Below, one piece after another: positions 1 to 11,766 of a stretch of 64,000 nt of DNA. Source of the DNA: Octopus vulgaris (taxonomy: Eukaryota); assembly GCA_951406725.2 (NCBI GenBank), contig OX597820.1:45012001-45076000 (forward strand). The letters run 5' to 3'. A program made the translations under genes and the position numbers. The notes beneath the pieces are model-generated. The model ran no database searches. It was not told the origin of the DNA and worked only from the letters and a program-made list of their open reading frames with translations. How positions within the stretch are numbered: position 1 is the stretch's first letter; the number at the start of each line of letters is the position of its first letter.

Positions 1-262
1 TCTAGTCAGAAGCAACCACCATTACACTTTCCCACTGGATTCCCAAGCATGACCAACTGAGACTACAGATGTTATCCAACCATCACATTCTTGGTCTACC
101 CCAAGGTGTTCTGCTGGTTGGCTTGGTTTGAAGACTTTGTCTTGCAATTTTCTTCTAACAACATTCTAATCATATGTCCATAGTACTGGAGCTGTGATCT
201 CTCAATGTGGCTTGACCTGGAGAGACTCCTTGATCTCTAAGCTACACACCCTGTTGAGTAAC
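1..262 (-). mobile_element. RTE-type LINE, decayed 3' ORF fragment
   Basis: Minus strand reads LLNRVCSLEIKESLQVKP..IERSQLQYYGHMIRM and later GRPRM.WLDN, matching the RTE C-terminal pattern (LRWYGHV.RM...GRPR..W.D) also present in the copy at 57541-58420. Confidence 0.75.
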
Positions 263-299
263 AATATTCCAGAGAATTGGTCCTCCCAAAAGTCCTCCC

Positions 300-585
300 T
301 GCATACTCTGCAGGTTATGAGAACATCACTGAGACAAGTGGAGAAGTTTAAGTATTTAAGGGCCATATTCATGAGTGATGGAAAACTGGAGGCTGAATCG
401 GATGATAGAATTGCCAATGCTAGTGCAGTAATGTGCCAACCTCAGCATTCAATCCTCAAAATGAGAGGTTGGTACAAAATTCAAACTTGCTACTTTCAGT
501 TTGATTTTCATGCTTATTCTCTATGGTTATGAAAGTTGAGAAATGACGAAAAGAGTAAAATTATGAATACAAGTGGTCAAATGAC
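300..585 (+). mobile_element. RTE-type LINE fragment (end of RT domain), inverted relative to 1-262
   Basis: ORF 194..532 contains LRQVEKFKYLRAIFMSDGKLEAESDDRIANAS (V..FKYLG-type motif); a frameshifted continuation gives YGYES..MTKRVKL.IQV. Confidence 0.7.
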
Positions 586-1599
586 TAAGTAAGAAAAAAA
601 AGGGGGAATTAAATAAAAATGTGAGTACTATCCTCATTATATTATCATTTTTCAAGCAGACAGCATCCATGAATAATTTCCCTCCGTAATATATTCAAAC
701 AGAACATGAGTTAGTTCTATATTGCTGTTTACAATGATTAACAACTTCCTTCATGTTTACTATTTACTCTTAGATACTGTGCTATTCTGCTCAGTTTAAT
801 AATTGAGATAACATTGTTGACATTTGAATTGCAAACAGATAAGTTCTACTAGATTAACTACAATAAAATAGTACTGTAGCAATAAGTAGAGTACTTTTGT
901 AGTAATATGTATTGTAGCAGTGAAGTAATTATGTAGAATGGTACTATAATAATAGGCATCCCAACTGAGTTTTTCTTCCCTGTTCAGCCCTAGGCTGACC
1001 AATGGATTTTGAGTAAATTTGGTAGACAAAAACTGAAAAAAGCCTCTGTGTGTGTGTGTATGCATGCACGTGTGTGTGCATGCATGTATGTGTGTGTGTG
1101 TGCATGTGTGGATGTATGCATGCATGTATGTATATGTATCTATATGCAGGCATGTGTATTACTTTCTCCTTGTCTTGACATCATGCGATAATTGTAAAGG
1201 AGTGACCTGTCAAGCAAGTGATGTCTTTCATTTTCCATATTCTTTGGGAACATGCCTGCTTATGGGGAAATGTTACAGATGAGGGTTGGTGACTGCAAGG
1301 GCATCTGGCCACAGAAAATCTGCCTCGAAAAATTCTGTCTGACCAATGTGAGCATTGAAAAGTGGACATTAAAACAATGATGATTATGATAATGCAGATT
1401 AGTATGATATATAACAGTTTCTAGAAGGCAGAAAGAGCAATATCTGATTCTAACCAGAAAGCAAGCCAGCAAACCAGCAAGCCGAAAACAAGCAAGTCAA
1501 CAAGCTAGCCAGCCATTTTCTCTGCCCATTTTTCATGAGAGGGTTGTATTAAATGGGTAAGTAATAAAAGTTAATATCCCTGACAATCTGATTTATTGC

Positions 1600-2355
1600 T
1601 GAATCTTTCCATGGTCACTCAATTTGTTAAAGATAGTAGCCAAATCTTTTCAAATCACACCCGACCATGCTGAAAAAGGGAAGGACATATTGGACAAAGT
1701 ATTACTAGATATACATAAAAAAATAAGATGGTCCTGGTTAGACTATCCTTGATTATAGAGCTGAATTGGAGCTAAATAATAACCTAGATGCACTTAGTCA
1801 AGTTGAATTAAATATATTGCCCGATTACACTTCTGCAATGGATTTAAACTCAAAACTTATGAAGCAGTAGTCCAGTATCAGATCTACTCACAATTCTATT
1901 GTGAAATACTTAGATGGTGTGAGTCAAAGTAGGAGCCTCTACATGGCCAGTCAGTCTGTGAGAAATAGAAGCCAAATCTCCCTCAACTTACAGTGTGCTA
2001 CCTTAAAAAAAAGGGAAGGTGGATTGGATAATGTAGATTTAGGAACTTTATATCTAAATAAAAGACAATGGTTACAACTGGAACATCTTTGATCTAAGTC
2101 CAATGGATCAAAATGGGCTTGGTGTTAAACAACAATGTCAATAAGGGAACCTCTATATGCTGAAAACAACAGCTAAATCTTTCTAAAATCATGGCTTACC
2201 ATCTTCAAAAAGGAATGACAATTGGATAACCAAGTCCTAGACACATTGTGCCTGAGAAAAAAAAAAAAAAAAGAAGAAGAAAATATGCCTAGCTGTAATA
2301 TCTTTGATCAGAGGTTTCATGGATTATAGCTAACCCATGGGGCCAAACAACAATT
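1600..2355 (+). repeat. Three adjacent diverged copies of an old ~200 bp interspersed repeat
   Basis: Recurrent motif ccaaatct..caaatcacacc..ttaaaaaa..ggacatattgga..tagtcctaga..ctttgatc..aaacaacaa at ~1600, ~1930 and ~2145; related copies near 23090, 28200, 48650 and inverted near 30370, 53355, 53560. Confidence 0.6.
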
Positions 2356-2839
2356 AAAATTGTGAAGATCAACTAAATCCACCATCCACTCATTTAAAAC
2401 AAGATGAACTTTACGTCTCAGAATGAAATGATAACACAAAGTACATCTCTGATAGACATAAATCAATAATGGAATAAATTTATGGTAAGTTTTATAGCAT
2501 CTGCTAAAAAAGAAAACAGAAAATTATGAGGAAACGTAGCAACAACTGTAACAAAAACAAAATAATTCTTAAATAGCTGTCATGTCTGAATAATCTAAAG
2601 GAAGGGAAATGAAGAGATGGAGAATTTGTGATTTCCCAAGAGCATCAGTGCATTGAGTGCAATCGCTTCAAACAAGAATGAAAAACTCAGTTGTGAACTC
2701 AATATGGTGCCTATTGTTATAGTACCATTCTACATAATTACTACACTGCTACAATACATTTTACAACAAAACTGCTCTACTTATTGTTGCAGTACTATTC
2801 CAATTATTGTTATATATTTTACATATCACTGAAAAACTA

Positions 2840-4101
2840 CTGAGTCATCCCATAAATAATGTAGTTTTTTTAATACTTCTTTTATTTTTCAAAATTAAGA
2901 TAAACAAAGTTTGTTTTTAATCTGAAATATATTCTCATTCATTTTCTACAATGCTCTTCCATCTATCTGGTAGACTTGCAAGGCCCCTCTTCCAAAATTC
3001 ACTTGCCCGTGACGAAAAATACTCCTCCACTACTGTTCTGACCTCATCTACATAATTCATATTTTTTCCATCCAAATGATTTTGAAGACTGCAGAATAAA
3101 TGATAATCAGTTGAAGTAATGTCTGGTAAATATGGTGGGTGGGGTATCGTTTCCCATTCAAGCTGCTCCAGCCTTTGGAATGTCATCCTTGCTGTATGTG
3201 GTCGAGCATTATCTTGATGGAAGAACGCCTTTCATCTTGAAACCAAAGATGGTTGTTTTCCTTCAAGAACTGACTTAAGTTACTTAAGTTGCTCAAGCTG
3301 CTTGCAGTAGATCTCCTTTCTTATCATTTGGATTAGGTTTAAAAGTCCAAAGTGGACTAAACCTTTCATATCCCACCAAACAGATAATACCTTATGTGGG
3401 TGAAGAATTCTTTAGCCTGGGATGCTGGCGTTTCTCCTTTCCCTACCCAATGTCTTTGGCACTTGACATTTCTCATCACCAGTCACTATTTGGTCCAAAA
3501 AAGTTTCATTCGTGAGATGTGACAGCAAAGAAGAACAAGCATTCACTCTCTGCGCAATTAGACTCAGAAAGTTTGTGAGGAACCCAATGACCCAATTTGC
3601 TGACTTTTCTGGTGGCATGCAGGTGTGGTTGAACAGTTGAATGACCAAATTCAAGCTTCTCTGCTAGTTCCTCAACAGTTACGGTGGGATTTTGTTCCAC
3701 CATGGTTTGCAGGACATCCTCATTGAGCTCTACAGATCTTCCAGTACAATGCTCATCTTCTAGGATGTAGTTTCCGGCTCTGAATTTCTGAAACCATCAT
3801 TGACACTGGCTTATGCTTATTGTCTGATCCCCATATACTGCATTAATAGTCCTCACACTTTCCATTGGGTTGTTACCTTTATTGAACTTATAAAGCCAAA
3901 TATGCTCTTTTGTCACTTCCATGATAGCTTTGAAAAAATAATTGTTAAAATCGAACTGCACTCTTCAAAACTTGCACTAAGAATAAGGACAAAGTAAAAT
4001 TACTATGTTCTTTTATAGCAAGTTGATGCAAGTATTTTTGTCCCCCTCTGACTTTTAGTTCATGCAATTGAAAAAAACGCATTATTTATGGGATGACCTG
4101 A
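2840..4101 (-). mobile_element. Full-length decayed mariner (Tc1/mariner) transposon, ~1.26 kb
   Basis: TIRs ctgagtcatcccataaataatg (from 2840) and cattatttatgggatgacctga (to 4101), TA on both sides. Broken ORFs carry WVPHKL, IVTGDEK and PHPPYLPDITSTDYHLF, matching mariner WVPHEL, TGDE and YSPDLAP.DYHLF. Confidence 0.93.
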
Positions 4102-4849
4102 TATTTCCATGTAGTGCAACCAAGACTGACTTAGTAATGAAATAAACCAGCTATTTTATAGATTTTATCAAAATGTGCATCTATTTTCTTAATAAACAAT
4201 ACAAGCATATAGCTTCATAGATCAGAAGCTGGACTAACAAGATTTCAATACTCTGCAGGTGAACTTTGCTTGTGTGTGTGTGTGTGTGTGTGTTTGAGAG
4301 AGAGAGAGAGAGAGAGAGCACAGCATGACCTAATTTAAGTGTTCTAATTGTCGGTGAGCAGGGAGTTGTGATAATTGAAGAACAGGCTAGACTAGAGATT
4401 GAAGGTAGATATGAAAAAAAAAAAAAAAGAAAAAAAAAGAATTGGTGCATTAGCAAAATCATTGGGGCATCAGATAAAATGTCTAGTGGTATTTAGTTAT
4501 GGCTTCTTACTATCTGAATTGAAATATCATCAACATCAACTTTGCTTTTCATCTTTCTGATGAGGTCAATAAAGAAAAACACTGATCAAGTACTCGCATT
4601 GATTTAAATTTCAATAATGCATTCCAACATAATATGTGTGAATGGAATTTATAATAGAAGACAAATTTTTAAAAAAAGTTCAAGGTCTTTAAAAAACTTT
4701 TTTCGTGTTTCTGAGAATTGATTGTAACTTTTTTCTTTTTCTCAGGCTTTATAAGACTGGAGGAAGAAGCATTGCCCATAATTTCTGCAGGCCCCACCAA
4801 GATCTGTGAGCTTCATGCCTTTAATGTTCCATTATTATTAAATTGTTTA

Positions 4850-5072
4850 AGGTGGTAAGCTGGCAGAATCATTAGCATGCTAGACTAAATGCCTTGTGGC
4901 ATTTTGTCTGTCTTTACATTCTGAGTTCAAATTCAGTCAAGGTTGACCTTGCCGTTCATCCTTTTGGGATCAATAAATGAAGTACCTGTCAAGTATTGGG
5001 TTCAATGTGATTGACTATTCCCCTTCCCCACAAATTCCAGGCCTTGTGCTTATATTAGAAAGGATTATTATT
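4850..5072 (+). mobile_element. tRNA-derived SINE, family B
   Basis: ggtggtaagctggcagaatc..gagttcaaatt (A/B-box-like) followed by gaccttgccgttcatccttttggg..aagtacc; short ATT tail; many copies in the window. Confidence 0.8.
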
Positions 5073-5085
5073 AAACTATTGTAGG

Positions 5086-5453
5086 TCTGCCTCTGTAGGA
5101 AAGACATGAGTGATAAGGTTCTGAAGGATCAAAGTTCTGAGGAAAAAGACCTGGGCATAATGGTTAGTGTGCAGCAGAGAGGTTGGGAGCACCAAGAGTA
5201 AGGAAAGGTGGAAAGATGAGTGGATCGGAAGAACCTGAACGCCAAGGTACAAAACAACCCAGCTCTGAGGAACAGAAGTAGTGACTGAAAATACAGCAAA
5301 CTTGTAGGCGAGAGGCTGGAGCATATCCATTTGTGACTGAATTTCAGTCAGTCAAACAGCCCTTGTCTGGATGCAGTTTAGGATGTATGTGTGTGTAGTA
5401 GCAACAGCACTATTCCAGATATGGGAGTAGTACTCCAATTTAAGTCTCACTTG
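5086..5453 (-). mobile_element. CR1/L2/Jockey-like LINE C-terminal remnant
   Basis: Minus strand reads QVRLKLEYYSHIWNSA...HILNCIQTRAV, the RP.LEY.S..W...IQ.RA pattern downstream of RT in these LINE groups. Confidence 0.6.
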
Positions 5454-6548
5454 AATTCAATAGAGGGTCAGTAACTGTTAAGGGTTAAAATATTTTCTGA
5501 TTCTCATCAACATATCTAATGTTGTCAACATCTAAACTCTAATTAGAAATACTTATGTGGTGAGGAAAAGACAACATTAGCTAATTCTTTTTATCAATGA
5601 TAAAGGGCCTTTAACGATGGAAATATAACCCTTTTTATACTAATCTGTTTGAGACTGGTTCTATGACACAAAACTGGTTTTTGAAGGTGCATGTATTTCA
5701 ATTTAAAACTTCATAATTCTCTGTATGAAAAAAACCTTTCAAGTTACATGCCAAATATAGTTTTAATAATCAATTCTAGTTTAGATACAGTTAGCAACTT
5801 TTTTGCAAGAAGGGATTAGTTGATTACCCCCTGTATGTAAACTGGTACTTCAATTTATTGAGCCCAGAAGGACAAGAGCCAAACTTGATCTCAGCAAGAT
5901 TTGAACGTCATATACAAAGAACCACAACAAATACCATGAAGCATATTTTCTGATGGTCTACTGATTCTACCATCGCTCTTACAAGCTTAATAATGCAGAA
6001 ATTATTTTCTTAAATCCTTTTTTTGCTTATTTTCAAAATTAATTTAAGCATAACGGAGAGTTGGTGGAATGTCAAATAATTCAATTGCTGGCAAGAGTAG
6101 AAAAATTTAACATTTCATACAAACAACTAATTCATTTTCTTCAAGTCTCTATTGAATGGCACTGACCTGAAATGTTAAAATTTTCCACTTCTCATGGCAA
6201 TTGAATTAATCAAAAATCTATGAACTCATATCTTTTTGGTTTATTGTTATTGATACAGACCTTCAATACTCTTCTCTAATTCCAGATTTTAACTTAATTT
6301 GAGATATAGGCTGAGTATTTTGCTGAAAATATGGTCACAGAATGGTTAACATATCTAACACTGAAATAAACTTCAATTTCAGTTTATTTTGCATGTCAGG
6401 TCAAGAAATTAACTGAATGAAGCTTCTTTAAGTTTTCATCTACCAAATCCATTCACAAGGCTTTGGTTAAACTAGGGTTATAGTGGAAGACACTTGCAAT
6501 GGGACTGAATCCAGGAGTATATGGTTGGGAAGCAAGCTTCTTAACCAC

Positions 6549-6920
6549 ACACCCATACAATATATATATACATGCATACACTCAAACATATGTATGCACA
6601 TAAATACATACACACATATATATACACATACATATGTACATATATACATATATATATATATATATATACATTCAGACACACAGATAAAAAGATAGATGCA
6701 TATATACATACACATAAATATACACCCACATATATATGTATATATACACATATATGTACATATAAATATAGCCACAGACATCTACACTTGTACATATATA
6801 CATACACACATATGCATATATTCATACACGTGGACATACACAGACATACATACATAGACACACACACTGACATACATACATTCAAACTCAGCATACATCA
6901 GAGTCATACATACACATAAC
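6549..6920. repeat. Compound (TA)n/(CA)n/(TACA)n microsatellite
   Basis: Directly visible; source of the spurious Y/I/H/T/C/V-rich ORFs in the track. Confidence 0.9.
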
Positions 6921-7839
6921 CAAATACACACTGCTTCCAATAGATAATTCAATTTTCCACTCAACTTAACAATCACTGGACTACGAGCATTGGGAATGAG
7001 TGTCTAACTCGTTGGTATCATAAAGATACTGTTGTTGTTGTTGTTGTTTCATTTGTTTGTTGTTCATCTCACTGGTACTAATATTAGTATCACTAACATA
7101 ATACTGCTTACTTATTGAATCGACCTACTGAATAGGCTGCACATAGGTGATGGAGAGAAGCTATTAATAAGCAATACAATGCATGCATACACACATATAC
7201 ACACCCCTCCTTACACAGACATGCATGCATGCATACAATCCATCTAACTATGTATCTATTTGCCTATCAAAGAGATGGATGGATGGATGGATGGATACAT
7301 ACATACATACATACATACATACATAAATAAATACATGCATACATGCATGCATGAATACACACATCATAAATACAAGTGTGTATGTACTGCAAGACACCAG
7401 AAGAATATGAAAGAATATAAATGAAGTGTGTGTGTATATGTGTATATGTGTGTGTGTGTGTGTATGTGTGTGTATATATATATAAATATATATATATATG
7501 CATGTATATATATATATATTGGCCTGCTCGCTTAGCCAGCAGAGTGGCGTCATTTGAAGGCTAAAAAATAATGTGAGAGCATGTATCAATCCCTAGCAAG
7601 AAATTAGTATTTATTCAATGTATGTTGTCATTAGCATTATTTTAAGTCTATATTTTTTCCTATGCTAGCCTGAGTGGATAGACAGATTATTAGGGTTCAT
7701 ATATTTTTGCACACAGTAACAATGAGAACCAACTTTGTTGTTGCGTATGTCTTATGGTGTAGACAATGTGCATTTCATTATGCCACTGGCTTTACATATT
7801 TATTCATAAATCACACTGTATTCCTATCAAACCTGTACT

Positions 7840-8010
7840 ATTACCTGTAGCTTTTGGTATACAGGTGATCTAATTGGTGGCAGTAGGTGTTCCAAAATAT
7901 ATAGACAAAGTAAGAATGGGTTGGGAAATGTCCAGGAAGCTATTATCTCTGCCGATTAAAAAAGATTTCTCTCTAAGAGTGAAGAGCAGATATATGATGT
8001 TTATGTGTAA
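7840..8010 (+). mobile_element. Degenerate RTE LINE fragment
   Basis: gtaagaatgggttgggaaatgtccaggaagctattatctctg..ctctctaagagtgaagagcaga aligns by eye with 57911-57992 (VRIAWAKFRELLPLL..GLSLRVKGR). Confidence 0.65.
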
Positions 8011-8380
8011 GTCAGATGTTGTTCTTCGACACATCTAAGGCAACTGTAACTCTGAATTGAATAAGAACTGACTTGGAACATATTTTTGTGAGAAGTACAG
8101 TTTTATCTTTGTGTGCAGGCAATGGTCAATTACAAACACATTTCACTCTATTTGACCGCATCAACATAGCAGAGACTACTCAAGCCTGGAGAAGTGAGAT
8201 CACTTTCAATGCTACAATAAATAAATTTTTACACTCTTCTACTGCAATTGAGTATTGTTTCCCCCTTTTGTTTGTAAACTCAAACATACATCCATAGATG
8301 GATGGATAGACAGACAGACAGATAGATAGATAGACAGAATGTAAATAAATCTACATGTTTCAGGAAACAAATATACATTT

Positions 8381-8552
8381 AGGTGTAGGAGTGGCTGTGT
8401 GGTAAGTAGCTTGCTTACCAACCACATGATTCCGGGTTCAGTCCCACTGCATGGCACCTTGGGCAAGTGTTTTCTACTATAGCCTCGGGCCGACCAAAGC
8501 CTTGTGAGTGGATTTGGTAGACGGAAACTGAAAGAAGCTTGTCGTATATATA

Positions 8553-8593
<41 letters not shown>

Positions 8594-8797
8594 TTGTGTT
8601 TGTCCCCCCAACATCGCTTGACAACCGATGCTGGTGTGTTTACGTCCCCGTAACTTAGCAGTTCGGCAAAAGAGACCGATAGAATAAGTACTAGGCTTAC
8701 AAAGAATAAGTCCTGGGGGCGATTTGATCGACTAAAAAGATGGTGCTCCAGCATGGCCACAGTCAAATGACTGAAACAAGTAAAAATGTAAAGAGTA
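8381..8797 (+). mobile_element. tRNA-derived SINE, family A (internal TA/TG microsatellite)
   Basis: Head aggtgtaggagtggctgtgtggtaag..gggttcagtccc (A/B boxes), central microsatellite, tail gctccagcatggccacagtcaaatgactgaaacaagtaaaa; at least 10 copies in the window. Confidence 0.9.
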
Positions 8798-9173
8798 CCT
8801 GTTACGTTAAAAAAAAAAAATTTAGCCTCATTATGCAAATAGACTTCATCATTAAACAATAGAAATTTCTTTACTCTATTTGCACAACTAGGCTAAATAT
8901 AAACATATTAAATATATGCACGTGAGTATAAATGCTGTTTCAGTATTTTAGTTAATTAGTATAGGCATGTGTATTTACACAGATATGTATACATTCACAC
9001 AAAATGTTTTCCATGCACATGTAAGTACATTTACATATACAAATATATATACACACATATATATATATTCACTGTTTGGAAAAAAGGTTTTAGTTCCACT
9101 GACATTTTAAAACCTATAGCTGTTACTAGTATTTAAAATTGCTGCTGTTTTATTCAAAAGAAGTCATTGAAGC

Positions 9174-9341
9174 AACTAGCATAGCGAGAGAGGGGCAGTG
9201 GGAGCAGTGTGTCCCAGGTGCCACTTTTAAAGGGGTGGCACTTTTGGGTCTGCTGTAGGCAATATGTGTTTTTTTGTGAGGTCTGGGGGGTAGAAAACGA
9301 AAGGGCTGCCCTAGGTAGCACACACTCTAGCTACGCTAGTG
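9174..9341. mobile_element. Short hAT-like MITE
   Basis: Imperfect TIRs actagcatagcgagag / ctctagctacgctagtg; degenerate 8 bp flanks attgaagc / attacagc. Confidence 0.5.
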
Positions 9342-9404
9342 ATTACAGCACAATACAAAACAAGAAAGATATATATCAGTTGATAATAAAACTATCTTAT
9401 ATTA

Positions 9405-9575
9405 AGGTGCAAGAGTGGCTGTGTGGTAAGTAGCTTGCTAACCAACCACATGGTTCCGGGTTCAGTCCCACTGTGTGGCATCTTGGGCAAGTGTCTTCTG
9501 CTATAGTCCCGGGCCGACCAATGCCTTGTGAGTGGATTTGGTAGACGGAAACTGAAAAGAAGCCTATCGTATATA

Positions 9576-9636
<61 letters not shown>

Positions 9637-9865
9637 GTGTGTTTGTGTGTCTGTGTTTGTCCCCCTAGCATTGCTTGACAACTGATGCTGGTGTGTTTAC
9701 GTCTCCGTCACATTGCAGTTCAGCAAAAGAGAGCGATAGAATAAGTACTGGGCTTACAAAGAATAAGTCCCGGGGTCTATTTGCTCGACTAAAGGTGGTG
9801 CTCCAGCATGGCCGCAGTCAAAATGACTGAAACAAGTAAAAGAGTAAAAGAGAAAAGAGAGAGTA
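9405..9865 (+). mobile_element. SINE family A
   Basis: Near-identical to 8381-8797; (AAAAGAG)-type tail; followed directly by a family B SINE (~9866-10075). Confidence 0.9.
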
Positions 9866-10356
9866 AGGCATTGAGATGGAATAATTGTTAGCATGCTGCA
9901 CAAAATGCTTAGTAGCATTTCTTCTGGCTTCACACTCTGAGTTCCCAGTTTGCAAGGGTCAATTTTGCCTTTCACCCTTTCAGGGTTAATAGAATAAGTG
10001 CCAATCATTTACTGGGGTCAATATAATTAACTAGCTCTCCCGCCAAAATTTCAGGTCTTGTGCCTATAGTAGAAAGAAAGAAAAAAAGCTATCTTATATA
10101 GACTTGCAAAAAAAAATTAACATTTTAATTTATTTAATATTTTATTATTAATTACATTTCTGTATTTGTTTTGCAAGATTCTTGATGTGAAATTATGTGT
10201 TGAAACATACTGTTATACTCGGGGTTGATTAAATATTGCTAATTAAACATATGCACGCACACACACACACTATATATATATATATATATATATTTGGTCT
10301 TTACTAAAATAATAGTAATAAAGCTAAAGCTTTATTTGTATTATTTTAGTTTCTTT

Positions 10357-10403
10357 ATCAAAGAACTTTTGTCACACACACATCCTGTGACCTCTTCAGT
10401 GAT
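10357..10403 (-). ncRNA. Decayed type I hammerhead ribozyme motif
   Basis: Minus: ATCA-CTGAAGA-GGTCACA(ggatgtgtg)TGTGAC-AAAAG-TT-CTT-TGAT. Stem I ATCA/TGAT and stem II are intact, GAAA is mutated; (TA)n lies ~65 nt downstream. Confidence 0.45.
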
Positions 10404-10939
10404 TCTCTATTAATGTTTTCATTTAAGAATGAGTAAAGAATTAATAGGCGAGGCACAACTGCATAGTTAAGTATCTTACTCCTCAACTCTGTGCTCTCAA
10501 GATTGAATCAATTTGTGGTACTTCGGGCAAGTACCTACTACTACTACTACTGCTACAATCTGGGGTCAACAAATGTCTTGTAGGTGGAATTTGGGAAACG
10601 GAAACTGTGTAGAAGCCCATCAGAAAGAGTGTTCCTATTCTAGAGTGGTAAACTTAATCCGTTGTTTGGTTTATTGGTTCAACTCTTTAGTGTTCAGATT
10701 ACCCTATTAAAAATTATGCTTATTTACTCATATCATTTTGTATTAATCACACATTACCTTATAGCTTTGAGGATTCAATGATGTGATTGCTTATTTTTAG
10801 AATGTCAATGTAGGGTAGGTGTGAAAGGCTAGATATGGCCAGTTTGAATGTACAAAAGGAAGACTATTTGGGCTGGATATGGCTGGTTTAAATGCTAAGG
10901 CAGTGTTTCTCAACCTTTCTACCCTTGCATAACCCTTAA

Positions 10940-11159
10940 CCCTTTAGCATTCAGATTATTCTGTCAAATGTAAAGCTTATATATTCACACCATGTAAAAT
11001 TAATCTTGCATCATTTCATGGCTTTGAGATTTCAATGATGTGATTGTTTATTTTTAAAATGACACAATAAGGTAGCTATGAATGACCATATCTGACTAGT
11101 TTGAACATAAAATAGGTAGAATATTTTGGCCGGATATGGCCGGTTTAAACACTAAAGGG
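10940..11159. mobile_element. piggyBac-like MITE, 220 bp
   Basis: TTAA on both sides (10936-10939, 11160-11163); termini ccctttag / ctaaaggg; further copies near 22505-22712 and 56320-56535. Confidence 0.85.
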
Positions 11160-11288
11160 TTAAAATAAATTACATGTCTGAAGGAACCCCTACACAAAAT
11201 TTATATACTATATCTTTCTCATATTTTTCATCGTAGATCACATGGTAAATATCATATCATCATCATCATCATCATCGTTTATATATAT

Positions 11289-11717
11289 ATATATTATATT
11301 AAATTAGAGACAAAACCACTCTTAGGCAAATCAAACAATGAAAAACTTAAGCCAATACATATGATTAATTTATATTATTTAAATATGTAAAAAATATAAT
11401 TAATATCACACTACGATTGTTTAAACCTCGCCAAGAAAAATATTTAAACCACCTGATGAATGACTGCGACTCAAAAATTTGAAGACAGCAGGCATGAAAC
11501 GATCGTAGTGTGATATTAATTATATTTTTTAATAATTTTGTTACATATTTAAATAATATAAATTAATCATATGTATTGGCTTAAGTTTTCATTGTTTGAT
11601 TTGCCTAATAGTGGTTTTGTCTCTAATTTAATATAATATAATATTTTACTATAAAATTGGATTCAATCCTAAATCTGATTTTTCCCTGTAAGTTTGGATT
11701 TATTCCCTAATATTTAT

Positions 11718-11720
<3 letters not shown>
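11289..11720 (+). mobile_element. Penelope-like pLTR/retrozyme-type element with inverted truncated arm, between (TA)n tracts
   Basis: ~135 bp inverted arms (about 11289-11422 and 11497-11640); hammerhead motif in the spacer/right arm; right arm continues ~80 bp to a (TA)n run. Confidence 0.7.
11450..11510 (+). ncRNA. Minimal type I hammerhead ribozyme
   Basis: CAC-CTGATGA-ATGACTGC...GCAGGCAT-GAAAC-GATC-GTA-GTG: intact core, stem I CAC/GTG, stem II 7 of 8 paired, palindromic stem III ACGATCGT. Confidence 0.8.

Positions 11721-11766
<46 letters not shown>

Noticed and set aside
796-1282. ORFs rich in H/T/C/V/Y/I here and at 6467-6976, 7248-7589 and inside SINEs
   Set aside because: Translations of (CA)n/(TA)n microsatellites and SINE bodies; no coding signal.
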